Shown piece after piece: positions 12,201 through 25,400 of a DNA stretch of 64,000 bases. The notes below the pieces were generated by a model that did no database searches, was not told where the DNA came from, and was given only the letters and a program-made list of their open reading frames with translations. The stretch is taken from contig NIVC01001165.1 in the NCBI GenBank assembly GCA_002269645.1, positions 379,491-443,490 on the forward strand. The letters are read 5' to 3'. Position 1 is the first letter of the stretch; each line of letters starts with the position of its first letter. The DNA comes from Macrostomum lignano. Taxonomy: Eukaryota. Both the position numbers and the translations under genes were made by a program.

Positions 12201-13917
12201 CTGGACTCTCACTTAAACACCTTTTTACATAATTGAAAGCAATTTTTTCAGTTCTATGCAGAGTGCGAAGCAGAATTAGAAATTATGCTCTGCAATAGGA
12301 GCACATGGAGAGCAGTATAGTACTGAACATCTGTGAGGCTGTATATTAAGGAAGCTCATTTTCACAATGCCGTCGCTTCCGCTCCGGGATTGATTCGGCG
12401 AGATCCGGGAAGGGCTTAGGCCTCGCTTTCTTTCACCCGCCTCATTTCTCTCTTCCCTCCATTTCGCCTTCCTGCGAACGTGATGAGGAAGATCGAGGAT
12501 CTCTGCTCGCCCAGAATCTTTCCCATGTCTTCATCACTCCAGCCTCAGCCGAGGTAGTGCTGTTGTCGTTTTCAATTACCAATTGATGCGGCTTAACAGA
12601 AGAGGGGCGAGGCTGGAGGATTGAGAGGAAAATGAGAGAGCTGGGTGGCGAGAAGGATGCTGATGTCTAGAGGAGCTAAACTGGAACTATTAGCGCTGTT
12701 TCTATCAACCAAGCCGGGTCTTTAATTAATTTTTTCAACTAAAAAGGCAGGAAACTTGCTTATTAAAAAACTAGAGACCAACGGGCAGCATGAAATAGGA
12801 AGCTCGCACAGCAAGGAGGCAGTAAATAACTGCATCCTTAGCTGCCTTTACCCCGCAATCCATCCAATGGCTCCTCCTTGCAGTTATAATATACACTTTT
12901 TGCCGAAGCATTCTCGCAACCTCCGCCCCGCGAAAGCTCAGCAAAGTCGCTAATTGTCACTAATCCGCGAATTTTTCTGAGAAGCGCAGAGACAGGAAAG
13001 AGAGAGAGAGATGAAGGGCCTGAGCACTAGTTCAGCTAGTCGTGTCTTCCGACTCAAGCCCATGGCAACTACGGATATACGGGAATAATCTTTCTGGTGC
13101 GTTATTTCGTAGAAGCTCTCACATTTTTGCTCCTGGAGTTCGCGGCTGGCTCGGGCCTACAGTGTAGCATTGCTACAGTTTTATGGGCCCGGCCAGTTTA
13201 TCAGCGCGTCGGCTTGCTTTCTAGCTGAGGTTGGGGAGGGGGTGCCGCGGAAGTAGTCAAAGCAGGCAATTCGTTAGGGAACTCCCGGCCTATTCGGTAA
13301 CCGAATAGGAAAGCTGCGACGTAGCTATGAACCAATTCTAATACATTCATACTAGGATAAGCCTCGATGCTTGTAGAGCTACTCACGGATTACGCGTACA
13401 CCTCCGACAGCAAAAAATATAGTAGTCAGTAATTGTTTCATAACACATTTTTGATACATAAAATGCCACCCACTGCAGCCTATTTGACTCCCGGCTTGAC
13501 ATCTGAATAAACATTTTTGACTAGTTCCCGCTCAAAGTACTAAATTTTAGTGATGAAAAACTTGAATCTTAAACAACGCATTCAGCAACATCGTGAAACA
13601 ACCAACGCCGAGGCAATTCTGCCCATTTCGCCGACTCCTAAGCACCAATACTGTACGCAGGCACCCACTTATACATACGCTCACACAGGGTGTACAGCGG
13701 CCCTGACTTTATAATCGTCAGGCATGTACACTCTCTCTGTGCTTTGGGGAGTTGACCCTCTCGGTCAGTTCTCAGCCAAGCTCCGAATGAATGTGACCGC
13801 TCACGGAATCGAACCAGGGTCTCCCGCTGGTCTCCCGCTGAGCTGCTCCGTCCCTTGTTCGGTTTCGGTTATTTTAGTCGTGTTGCTTTTTATACCTCTT
13901 ATATAAAGGTTATATAC

Positions 13918-14343
13918 CTCAGCGCACTCGCAGGGAGTGGCCCGACAGTCGCGCCGTCGCAGCACGCACTTCGGCCGAGTGTGCCGGATCTTCCTGAAGC
14001 CCTCCGAGGTGGTCGTGATGATCGAGGAGCTCGGCGAGGACAGGCCACAGTCCGGCTCTGCTTTGCTAGCGACGGTGGCTGCCCCTGGCGCGTCTGACTC
14101 TTCGTTGGGGATCTCCTCGAGTCGTTTGGGTCGCAGTTTCATCTGAGCACTCGAGCTTGGTGTCTCCATGGTGACAGTCAGGATTGACTGGCGTCGACGT
14201 TCGACCTCTCGACGCCGGTGCCAGAGCAGCCCCATGGCGGCCACAGCGCTGACCCCAGCGACATCGTTGACGTCCTCGGCCAGCATGGATCGCTTGCGAC
14301 TGGCAGCGCCGGCCTCGGGCGAGGGAGCGCCGTGGACAGACAT
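13918..14343 (-). CDS. Candidate low-complexity coding exon, possibly an alternative 5' exon of the PDZ gene
   Basis: Open GC-rich frame MSVHGAPSPEAG...CECAE ending GAG|gtatat in phase 0, compatible with the 9605 acceptor. No recognisable domain. Confidence 0.35.
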
Positions 14344-15841
14344 GGCGAATCGCCTCCGAGCATCTCCTGCTGCTGATTCTTCTTTGAGGGGCCGCCAAAG
14401 CGGCGAGAAAAGCAGTGCAAATTTGTGCGGGCAAAACACAGAGAAGAAACCGCAGATGAGGCCCAGAGAGTGGCAGCCTCGGACTCAGCGAATCACAGCT
14501 CTGCTCGGTTGAAGCGATGAATGAGCAGTTCAGTTCGAATGCAGCCGAGCGTGCTCATTGCTGCTCAATCTGCCAATCTTATTATCCTTCAATTCTTTAG
14601 TGCCGATCGTTTGGGCCTCGCAAAGTTGCTTTCTTGTTGTTTTTTTGCCAGATAATCTGCCAAGGCAACGGAAGATTCTCGGGCTTGTTCTCAACTTTCT
14701 ACTCAGGTTTAGCCGGATGAGGCCGAGCAAAACGGCAGGACGAGAAAGCCGATGCGATGAAAATTCTGCTTGGTAAAATAACGGATGAGCGAGCAGAGAA
14801 TGGCTGAGTCAAGGAATTGAATTCGTCCCAGGCCTCTTCAAACCGCTGGGTGGCCGGCGAATCCATATTGGCTGCTCGGGATTCAATTCGGCTGAAGATG
14901 CTTGCTCCGAATTTATCGATTGTTACTCAGAGCAGCGCGAGACTCGGTAACGTCTCTACGTCTGGCTGCGATGGTGGATGTTGGTGTACAGGGCGAACCA
15001 GACAGAGCCGTCAGAATTTTCCGAACAGCTCTGAAGCCTGTCGCCAAAGTTCTTTGTGTTAGCATGTTCGCAAGAAGTTCGCGAGAGTCGAACTCACTTT
15101 GATTTGGCACAATGGGGCCAATCATCAGGCCATTTTTTACCCAAGCTCAAAATCAATACGGCTATGTTGCGTTCGCTGCAAATGCCTTGAAACGTGTTCA
15201 TGTAAGCCTAAATCCATTGAGGCGGCGTCAGTGTTGTCTGCCTGTTCAGAAACGTTATTAATGTCCGTTATCGCCTACTGCTAGTAAAAAGTTTTAAATT
15301 TCTTGCATCCGAAAGTCTGCACAGCACATAACCAGGAACAGATTGATACAATAGGAATTTCGAAAAAGCATAAAATTCCGAAGGTGAACAGAATCTGCAG
15401 ACCTTTGGTCCACAGTTTTTTGTCTGTCTTTCTCAGCAAATAAGTTTTTGCTCAGATTCGATTGTTTGATCGGGAAACGATTGCCTTCCAGTGGATTGAA
15501 CTCCCTGCAGCTAACAGCAGGCCCGAGGGGCAGTAAGGGCCCGTCAATATTTGCCTGCACTCGTCATCTTTGGCTTCCCAGCTTCAGGGATTCAAGTCTG
15601 CTCTCAAAACCCTGCTGTCTTGAGTCTCGCGGAGCGCATCCCGCTGGCAAACAGGCCTGGAGTCCTCCCATTACACATGGCCTGTCCTGCTCATTTGAAT
15701 AATGCCAGACCCCTCCCAGATTTGATGGGGCTCGCCAGCCAAGCCTGGTAAAGTTCTTTTAACAAAATCTTAATTGGATCTTTTGATCTGATCTTTGCTG
15801 CGATTTGCTTGCGTTCTTTGGGCCCCCGATCTGAGATCTGA

Positions 15842-16592
15842 GATGAACTCACTCATGAAGTCACTCATAAACTCACTCATGAACTCACTCATGAACTCAC
15901 TCATGAACTCACTCATGAACTCACTCATGAACTCACTCATGAACTCACTCATGAACTCACTCATGAACTCACTCATGAACTCACTCATGAACTCACTCAT
16001 GAACTCACTCATGAACTCACTCATGAACTCACTCATAAACTCACTCATGAACTCACTCATGAATTTAATCATGACCTCACTCATGAACTCACTCATGAAC
16101 TCACTCATGAACTCACTCATGAACTCACTCATGAACTCACTCATGAACTCAATCATGAACTCACTCATGAACACACTTATGAACTCACTCATGAACTCAC
16201 TCATGAACTCACTCATGAACTCACTCATGAACTCACTCATGAACTCACTCATGAAGTCACTCATGAAGTCACTCATGAACTCACTCATGAACTCACTCAT
16301 GAACTCACTCATGAACTCACTCATGAACTCACTCATGAAGTCACTCATGAACTCACTCATGAACTCACTCATGAACTCACTCATGAAGTCACTCATGAAC
16401 TCACTCATGAACTCACTCATGAACTCACTCATGAACTCACTAATGAACTCACTCATGAACTCACTCATGAACTCACTCATGAACTCACTCATGAACTCAC
16501 TCATGAACTCACTCATGAACTCACTCATTAACTCACTCATGAACTCAATCATGACCTCACTTATGAACTCACTCATGAAGTCACTCATGAAC
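15842..16592. repeat. 12-bp minisatellite ATGAACTCACTC
   Basis: Direct reading; open on both strands (MNSL / MSEF). Confidence 0.97.
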
Positions 16593-16959
16593 TCCTTCAT
16601 TGGTATCGCAAAGCCCCGACTTCAATACCCGGAACGGATTAGTATGGGTATCTGGCCACTAGTCATAAAAATAATAACCTCAGACTCGCAGCCCTGTCTG
16701 CTCTTCATCTTGAAAGAGGAAAGTCATGAATAATGAAGAGCTGATGAAGCATCCTTACTTGCTTTATTTCTAATTTTCCTTTTTCATATACGCATCGAAG
16801 CGCAGATTGTGAGGATCGTGACCCACAGTGATCCTTAGTATTTCTCATTACGATGCTCCAGTCATTCTTTTCAATTTTCGTGTGACAAAATTTTCCATAA
16901 ATGAGTAAAAATGCGGGCTTCTCGAAGCTGGGAAAAGTGGACAAAGGACACAGGGAACT

Positions 16960-17552
16960 GAGTAGAAGGGCGAAGGAAGGGGATAGGAAGGAAAAGGGAG
17001 TGGGGAGAGGAAAAGAGAGGAGTGGAGAGAGAGGAGAGGGAAGAGAGAGAAGGGGAGAGAGGAGACGGGGAGAGGAGAGGGAAGAGGGAAGAGGGAAGAG
17101 GGGAGAATGGAGACAGGAGAGGGAGAGAAGAGAGGGAGAGAGGGAGAGGGAGGAGAGAGGAGAGATGTAGAGGGAAAGAGAAGATGAAGAGAGGAGAGGG
17201 GAGAGGAAGAGGGAAATTGGGAAGAGCAAAATGGAGTGGCAGAGAGAAGGGAGAGTGGAGAGGGAGGGGTGAGGGGAGACAGGAGAGGGAGAGAGGAGAG
17301 GGAAAGAGGAGAAGGGAAAGAGGAGAAGGGAGAGGGGAGAAGGGAAAGAGGAGAAGGGAAAGAGGAGAAGGGAGAGGGGAGAAGGGAAAGAGGAGAAGGG
17401 AAAGAGGAGAAGGGAAAGAGGAGAAGGGAGAGAGGAGAAGGGAAAGGAGAGAGGAGAGAGAGAGAGAGGAGAGGGAGAGAGGGGAGAGAGGACAGGGGAG
17501 AGGGAGAGAGAGAGAGGAGAGTGAGAGAGGACAGGGGAGAGGGAGAGAGGCG
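16960..17552. repeat. Purine-rich (GA) low-complexity tract
   Basis: Almost pure G/A, with an internal GGGAAAGAGGAGAA repeat. Confidence 0.9.
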
Positions 17553-18091
17553 AGACTGATTATCTATATAAATTCCAGTTATCCAGGGACAAACCGCTGG
17601 TACTCAAACAGCGGGCAGATGCACCGAGCGCATCAAGTGCATTCGTGAGAAATTTGATTCTTTCCGATATCAGGATGATATCTCCTTACTTTTTGGTGAA
17701 TGTGAGTGTAAGGCTGGACTGAAGGGAGATTTCGCTGTCCCTGGAGACATGCACTTATGGAAAGCAGATATTTTTTAAGCTCATGCATCCTATTCTGCAC
17801 GGGAGCTCCCCGTGCTCATTGGAGCGGCTGCTATGGGAGAAAATTCAATAATGCTTGACTGGGATGCATTGGCGCGTTTCAACGATTGGGGCGCGACTCG
17901 GAATTTGAGCACACCGAAGCGAGCTAACTGGGATGAAGGAGTGTCTTCTACTGCCACGGTGAGTACTCGGGAAAATACTTTTGTACAGCATTGGCGCCTC
18001 GACTTTTAAGCAGCGGCTTGAGCACTAGTGAATACACATGTAGTTGCATGTACTATTGGCTTTGAATTATAACACCCACTGAGAATTGACA

Positions 18092-19064
18092 GGGTGAGAA
18101 CAGGCATGCTAAGATTAGACATGGTGAGAACAGACATGCTGAGAACAGACATGCTGAGAACAGACATGCTGAGAACAGACATGCTGAGAACAGACATGCT
18201 GAGAACAGACATGCTGAGAACAGACATGGTGAGAACAGACATGTTGAGAACAGACATGCTGAGAACAGACATGGTGAGAACAGACATGGTGAGAACAGAC
18301 ATGGTGAGAACAGACATGGTGAGAACAGACATGGTGAGAACAGACATGGTGAGAACAGACATGGTGAGAACAGACATGGTGAGAACAGACATGGTGAGAA
18401 CAGACATGGTGAGAACAGACATGCTGAGAACAGACATGCTGAGAACAGACATGCTGAGAACAGACATGCTGAGAACAGACATGTTGAGAATAGACATGCT
18501 GAGAACAGACATGCTGAGAACAGACATGTTGAGAATAGACATGCTGAGAACAGACATGCTGGGAACAGACATGCTGAGAACAGACATGTTGAGAACAGAC
18601 ATGCTGAGAACAGACATGCTGAGAATAGACATGCTGAGAACAGACATGCTGAGAACAGACATGTTGAGAATAGACATGCTGAGAACAGACATGCTGAGAA
18701 CAGACATGCTGAGAATAGACATGCTGAGAACAGACATGCTGAGAACAGACATGCTGAGAATAGACATGCTGAGAACAGACATGCTGAGAACAGACATGCT
18801 GAGAATAGACATGCTGAGAACAGACATGCTGAGAACAGACATGGTGAGAACAGACATGGTGAGAACAGACATGTTGAGAACAGACATGCTGAGAACAGAC
18901 ATGCTGAGAACAGACATGCTGAGAACAGACATGCTGAGAACAGACATGCTGAGAACAGACATGCTGAGAATAGACATGCTGAGAACAGACATGGTGAGAA
19001 CAGACATGTTGAGAACAGACATGCTGAGAACAGACATGCTGAGAACAGACATGCTGAGAACAGA
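18092..19064. repeat. 15-bp minisatellite ATGCTGAGAACAGAC
   Basis: About 64 units in zoned variant blocks. Confidence 0.98.
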
Positions 19065-19594
19065 AATCTCCCCAGAAAAGGCGGCCAGTTTTAACTGCAC
19101 TTGGCGGATCGCACTCGACCGCGGCGTGGCCACGGACACTTTCTATCCCATGCAGCGAGAAGCAGTGCTCAAGTAAAAGTTCCCCTCCCCCAGTGGGCTC
19201 TGGCTAAGGGAGGGAGAAGAGCTGAGCAACTCAAATTGCTTCCACGATGCGCTGCTTCTCTGCCTGAACCCCCCTGACACTGATTGATCGCCCCCACAGT
19301 GTCTGGAATCCCGCAGGATCCGCTCTCTCTCTCTCTCTCTCCATCCCATCTCGAATTTCTGTTTCCTGCTTACTTCCAGCAGTCCGCCCTCCATTTCCTC
19401 TTGTCCACTTCCTCAACTGCTTGCCTCGGAAGTCTTCTTTTACAGTTTCAATTTCTGGCTTTTTTTATTCCGATTTTATTGTTGCTGTGCCCAGATTTGC
19501 TTGCTCTGAGATGCTCATAATTATTTAAGATCAATTGATTATTTTTTGTTTTAGGAGTTTATCTAATCCTTATTGTCCCTCTTCTCTCCGGCAC

Positions 19595-20135
19595 TCTTCT
19601 CGCCGTCACACTTCTAGCTGTCACTCTTTTTTTCCTCACACTTCTCGCCGACACACTTCTCGCTGTCACACTTCTCGCTGTCACACTTCTCGCTGTCACA
19701 CTTCTCGCTGTCACACTTCTCGCTGTCACACTTCTCGCTGTCACACTTCTCGCCGTCACACACTTCTCGCCGTCACACACTTCTCGCCGTCACACTTCTC
19801 GCCGTCACACTTCTTCTCGCCGTCACACTTCTCCCCGTCACACTTCTCGCCGTCACACACTTCTCGCCGTCACACACTTCTCGCCGTCACACACTTCTCG
19901 CCGTCACACTTCTCGCCGTCACACTTCTTCTCGCCGTCACACTTCTCGCCGCCACGCTTCTCGCCGTCACACTTCTCGCCGTCGCACTTCTTCTCGCCGT
20001 CACACACTTCTCGCCGTCACACTTCTTCTCGCCGTCATACTTCTCGCCGTCACACTTCTCGCCGTCACACACTTCTCGCCGTCACACACTTCTCGCCGTC
20101 ACGCTTCTCGCCGTCACACTTCTCCTCGCCGTCAC
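19595..20135. repeat. 15-18-bp minisatellite CTTCTCGCCGTCACA(CA)
   Basis: Direct reading. Confidence 0.95.
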
Positions 20136-20602
20136 TCTACTGTCTCACTGTCACCAGCGTTTGCTTTCAGTTATTTTCCGTTAATAATAGCCACATTAAC
20201 AACAACTAACCGCTTGCAAATAAAAGTACAAATTTATCAGCCAGTGACTTCTTTCTGGTCAGGAAAGGTGCCAATGGCACTCCTGCAAGCTGTCTGCAGA
20301 AAGATTTCCAATACCTAATTTGTTTTTTTCTGGCAAGAAAGCAAACCCAAGTCGCGCTGACTGAGAGTTTGATGCCTGAATCAGGATCTGGTATTTGAAG
20401 ATAGGAAGAAGTGATAAGCGCTATCCGCCTGGCGCACACCTTGCCAGCCACTTCTGGCTCTGGCGAGGCCCCGAAAACACTGCGTGTGTTTTTTCACACG
20501 ATGCGAGAGCGCTGCAATCAGGCTGAAGCTTTCAGGACTGGCTGGGGATGCTGAGGCTGATGAAGTGCAAATCTGCACTTTAGGGAATTCTGATTTGGGT
20601 AT

Positions 20603-20932
<330 letters not shown>

Positions 20933-21606
20933 GTGTCCAGAAATAGATCCATCCATAAAGCTGCTTTCAATCTATAAAAATACATTTTCACCCCAGGTGC
21001 CCGGCAGCTTAGCACCCCACAGCTGGCTTAAACCGCCTGCCTAATCTGCCGTCTTCCCTCGGCAGTTGCCTGAAACTTCCACCTGAAAGCCGCATTGGAA
21101 CAGAAAACGATTTTGGCGAAGAAAAATATAGTAATGGAACACGCATTCAGCCAGCCCAGAGAGGACTTTCGAGGCGGAGCTGATAATGGGACACGAACTG
21201 GGAAGGCCATCTTCCCGCTTCTTCCGCTTGCCTTCCCATTTTAACTCCCCACCTGAGCTACCCCTAAAGCTCGAGAGCATTATTGAATTCATCGAGCCGA
21301 GAGCGGGAGAAGGCGGGGTCGCTGTGAGAGTCACTTTTCTTTGCTGGCATCTCGAGGGTTGCTCACCAATTCAATGGCAGAGGCATTTTCTGACAATCAA
21401 TATTCACACAAAAAAGAGAGCTCACCATGATGAGGCGGCGCTTTCACAGCAGCTTCCGACACTCAGTGCTCGGCGAGAGAATGGCGCCTCTGGAAATGGG
21501 CAAAGGTTTCGAACGGACTTCTGTCAGATAATTTTGACTTGCTTCAGTAGACATGCTAAATGCGCACGAGTCACTCAGAATTTTTGCCATAAAAATTTCC
21601 AAAATT

Positions 21607-22495
21607 GCGACACATTTCTGAGCCACAACCGTATCAAAATGTGAAACATTTCTGGGTCACAACCGTATCAGAATGTGACACATTTCTGGGTCACAACCGC
21701 ATCTGGATGTGACACATTTCTGGGTCACAACCGCATCTGGATGTGACACATTTCTGGGTCACAACCGCATCTGGATGTTACCCATTTCTGAGCCACAAAC
21801 GCATCAGGATGTGACACATTTCTGGGCCACAACCGCATCTGGATGTTACCCATTTCTGAGCCACAACCGCATCAGAATGTGACACATTTCTGAGCCACAA
21901 ACGCATCAGGATGTGACACATTTCTGGGTCACAACCGCATCTGGATGTTACCCATTTCTGAGCCACAACCGCATCTGGATGTGACACATTTCTGGGTCAC
22001 AACCGCATCTGGATGTTACCCATTTCTGAGCCACAAACGCATCAGGATGTGACACATTTCTGAGCTACAACCGCATCAGAATGTGACATTTCTGAGCCAC
22101 AACTGCATCAGGATGTGACACATTTCTGAGCCACAACCGCATCAGGATGCGACACATTTCCGAGCCACAACCGCGTCAGAATGTGACACATTTCTGGGCC
22201 ACAACCGAGTCAGGATGTGACACATTTCTGAGCCACAACCGCATCAGGATGTGACCCATTTCTGATCCACAACCGCGTCAGAATGTGACACATTTCTGAG
22301 CCACAACTGCATCAGGATGCGACACATTTCCGAGCCACAACCGAGTCAGGATGTGACACATTTCTGGGCCACAACCGAGTCAGGATGTGACACATTTCTG
22401 AGCCACAAACGCATCAGGATGTGACCCATTTCTGAGCCACAACTGCATCAGGATGTGACATTTCCGAGCCAAAACCGCATCTGGATGTGACACAC
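21607..22495. repeat. 34-bp minisatellite ATGTGACACATTTCTGAGCCACAACCGCATCAGG
   Basis: Period verified (21673 vs 21707); about 26 units. Confidence 0.95.
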
Positions 22496-25400
22496 TTTGT
22501 TCCTCTAAAGTACTAGCATACGTACGCTCGTAACAAAAACCCCGAATAAGTTATTTGAAAACGCATGAGAATACGCCTTCGCCATATTACGAGTAATTGT
22601 GCCCTTTATTATGTACTGGAGACAATATCTACATTTGATGCAGCCATTCACTGCAGACGCAAAAAGATCGCTCAAATTAGAACCTTCAACGCGCATCTGC
22701 AGCGATCTGTCAATTTCTGGCAACCCGGAAAACTTGGCCAACGCTAGTTGCGCTGACTGGAAGCCCAGCGCAAGCTGCGCAACTATCCAATTAACTGCAA
22801 GAAGATCCAAAAATCCCCATTCCTAGAAATCCCCTCGAACAAGAATCCCTGAGCCTGCGCAATTGAAGCGCCTCTGCTGCAGGATGCCGCCATCCAGAAA
22901 ACGGCACCCAAGGGAATTTTGCAACAAACAGGCGATCGAACCTGGTGCTGCTGCCACTGTTCAACAAGATTCTTCCTGATTCTTCCTGCGATTTCACGCA
23001 CAAAATCCGCACGGGGGGGTTGCTTTGGGCTTAACAATGTAAACTTGAACTTGTGCGACTATTGGTGGCAGTCATTCATGTTCAACTAAGCGAGAAGTGC
23101 CTCGCGCTCCGACATGATCCGCGTGTTAAGCTGAAATGACACGGCCAGACAGGCTCAGAGCCGAATCGTCACGCCTCAGAGGAAAGCCGATATGTGTGTT
23201 GTTGGGGAAGCCTCATCAAAGCGGTCGCCTCCATCTGTATTCTCTGCATTCTCCTCTCCCGCGTGGCCCCTTCAAAGAACGCATGAATGCCATCGACGGG
23301 CACTAATCTCTGTGAGAAAAGCCAGATTTCATTCATCCATTTGGGCGAATGATCTGGGCCAGAGAATCAGCCAGTGGTCAGTCTTTCACACGCCAACCTG
23401 CTGGTGCCTGTTGGGAATTATTGAAGCCAGAAGTGCTGCGCTGCTTCTGATCAGAAATGATCACAGTTGCAGAAGTCCGTCATGCGATGGGAGAAGGAAG
23501 ATATGAAAATAATGAAAATAATGGCAGGCGAGACAGGATTGGGATGGGACTAAAATGACATGAAGTTGAAGTACAATGATATTTGGGGATGAGATAGCAT
23601 TTACACCGAGATAGAAGAGCTGAGAACAAAGGAACAGATGTGACTAAGATGCAAAGCGGATGTGGAAGGCACTGCGAAGTTTTATGAGCGGAGGAACAAC
23701 AGACGCCTCTCGCCGCTGACTTTGCCAGCCATTTTTGCAGGGTGAGAGGCAATCAGCGCCTCGTGATGCAGCCTCTCCCCGTCATCGCCTCTCAGGTTGT
23801 GAAGTCAGGGAAATTCTGCAATACCCTATCCCTCAACTACGACGTATACGTAACCCAGTGCTGAAGACAAACGTTCGTACGTACTGAATTGTACTTGTAC
23901 TAAAACTGTCACCCAAACTGACTTTAGCCTAGCAAAAGTCAAACCTCACCCCGCCTGGACGGGAGCTACTATAGCGTATATCGTGTTTATATATACTGCT
24001 GTTGGAAAGCCACTTCGTAGGCAAACAGAAAAGAATCTCTGAGTGTCATTTTCACAGCTTGTAGGGGAGGCAGAGTTTTACTGTTGATTAATTTATGTTG
24101 CACCTACGACTGCTCTGTGGTTGGTCGGCTTGAGCAATACAAGCTGGTGTGAGATTAGCTAGCATTGTGAGCTGGCTGACACACTGATCCTGACATCAGA
24201 ATGGTCGTAAAGTTAATTATGATAAATCTAAGCGTTAACGCAGACACCTTAAAGTACATCAAGTACGTTTAAGTCTCACGCGCCAGCAAATTCTTTAGCT
24301 CGGAGACGGCCAGTCTGACTATCTCAAGCGAATCCTATTAATGCTTTGCTGCTATAATATGTTCACTAATAAGTTCACGGGGTTCACTTCCATGCTCCAG
24401 TGGGCACTCCACTGTAATTAAGTCTTTTAGCTCTTTGTAGTCGGCCCAAACGCGAGACAGAAGTACATTTTTTATCTTCACAAAGCCTACGCGCCATAAA
24501 GGACCTCCTTCCTTGCAGTCTGTCAGATTGAAAAATTCCCAACCGGCATCGGGGTCAAAGACGGGAGGACTCGGATTTGGAAATTCCCCCAATTTTCAAG
24601 TCTAGATTATTAGAAGATTAAGAATGGACGAAGAAATCTAGATAAGAAGAGCTGGGGACGAGAAAAGTGAAGGCAAAAAAGTGAAGGCAAAAAAGTCGCT
24701 TTTCTCGCCCAGGCAAAAAAGTGAATTTCCTAACAGGGACTTGGCGTGCGCCTCGACTTGGCAAGTCAGCAACTTTCCACGCGCCCGGATACAAATTGAA
24801 TCCGAAAGGTTCTAATTGGAACTTCTGATTCTCCATACTGCCTTGTAGGCTCTGCAGGTTGCGTGCGCGCTCGCGAACGTCCACGCGCCTCTGTCGCTAT
24901 GGATTTTTACGGCTCCCGAGCTGGCTGTATGAAACCGACTTGATTCAAAAAAAAATTTCCTGCTTTTTTTCCATTTGAGTTACGATGAAATTGAATTCAT
25001 TGAATTTATTGTTAAACGGGCGAACGTGTCGCGACAGCACGCAGACGTTTTGGTTCTTCCAGCAGGTTTCTCGATTCTCGATGCTTTGCTATTCTTGTAC
25101 ACACTGCTGTTCAACAAGATAGTCCGGCCTTTATCATCGAGAGCTCAGTACTAATCTAATTCCCAGTCTCTCCTTTGCTATAATTATAGAGGCCCCGGCT
25201 CTTACTTATTGTGTTCTCAAATGTCTGCGTATCTTTCAAAAGAAAGAGTTGCGACAAGAAGCTTTAATCTTTACACTATCCAACGTCAATGGCGACTTTG
25301 TTGGAGAAAATTAGTTAGTAACCAAAGCTTGAGAACATGCGGTGCTTGACCACTCTTACCTCGTTTGAATAGCATTCGGACAATGCCATCAAGGCGCTCA

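Noticed and set aside
24338-24890. 84-aa ORF and GGCAAAAAAGTGA repeats suggestive of a transposon end
   Set aside because: No TIR/TSD pair or transposase motif could be identified.
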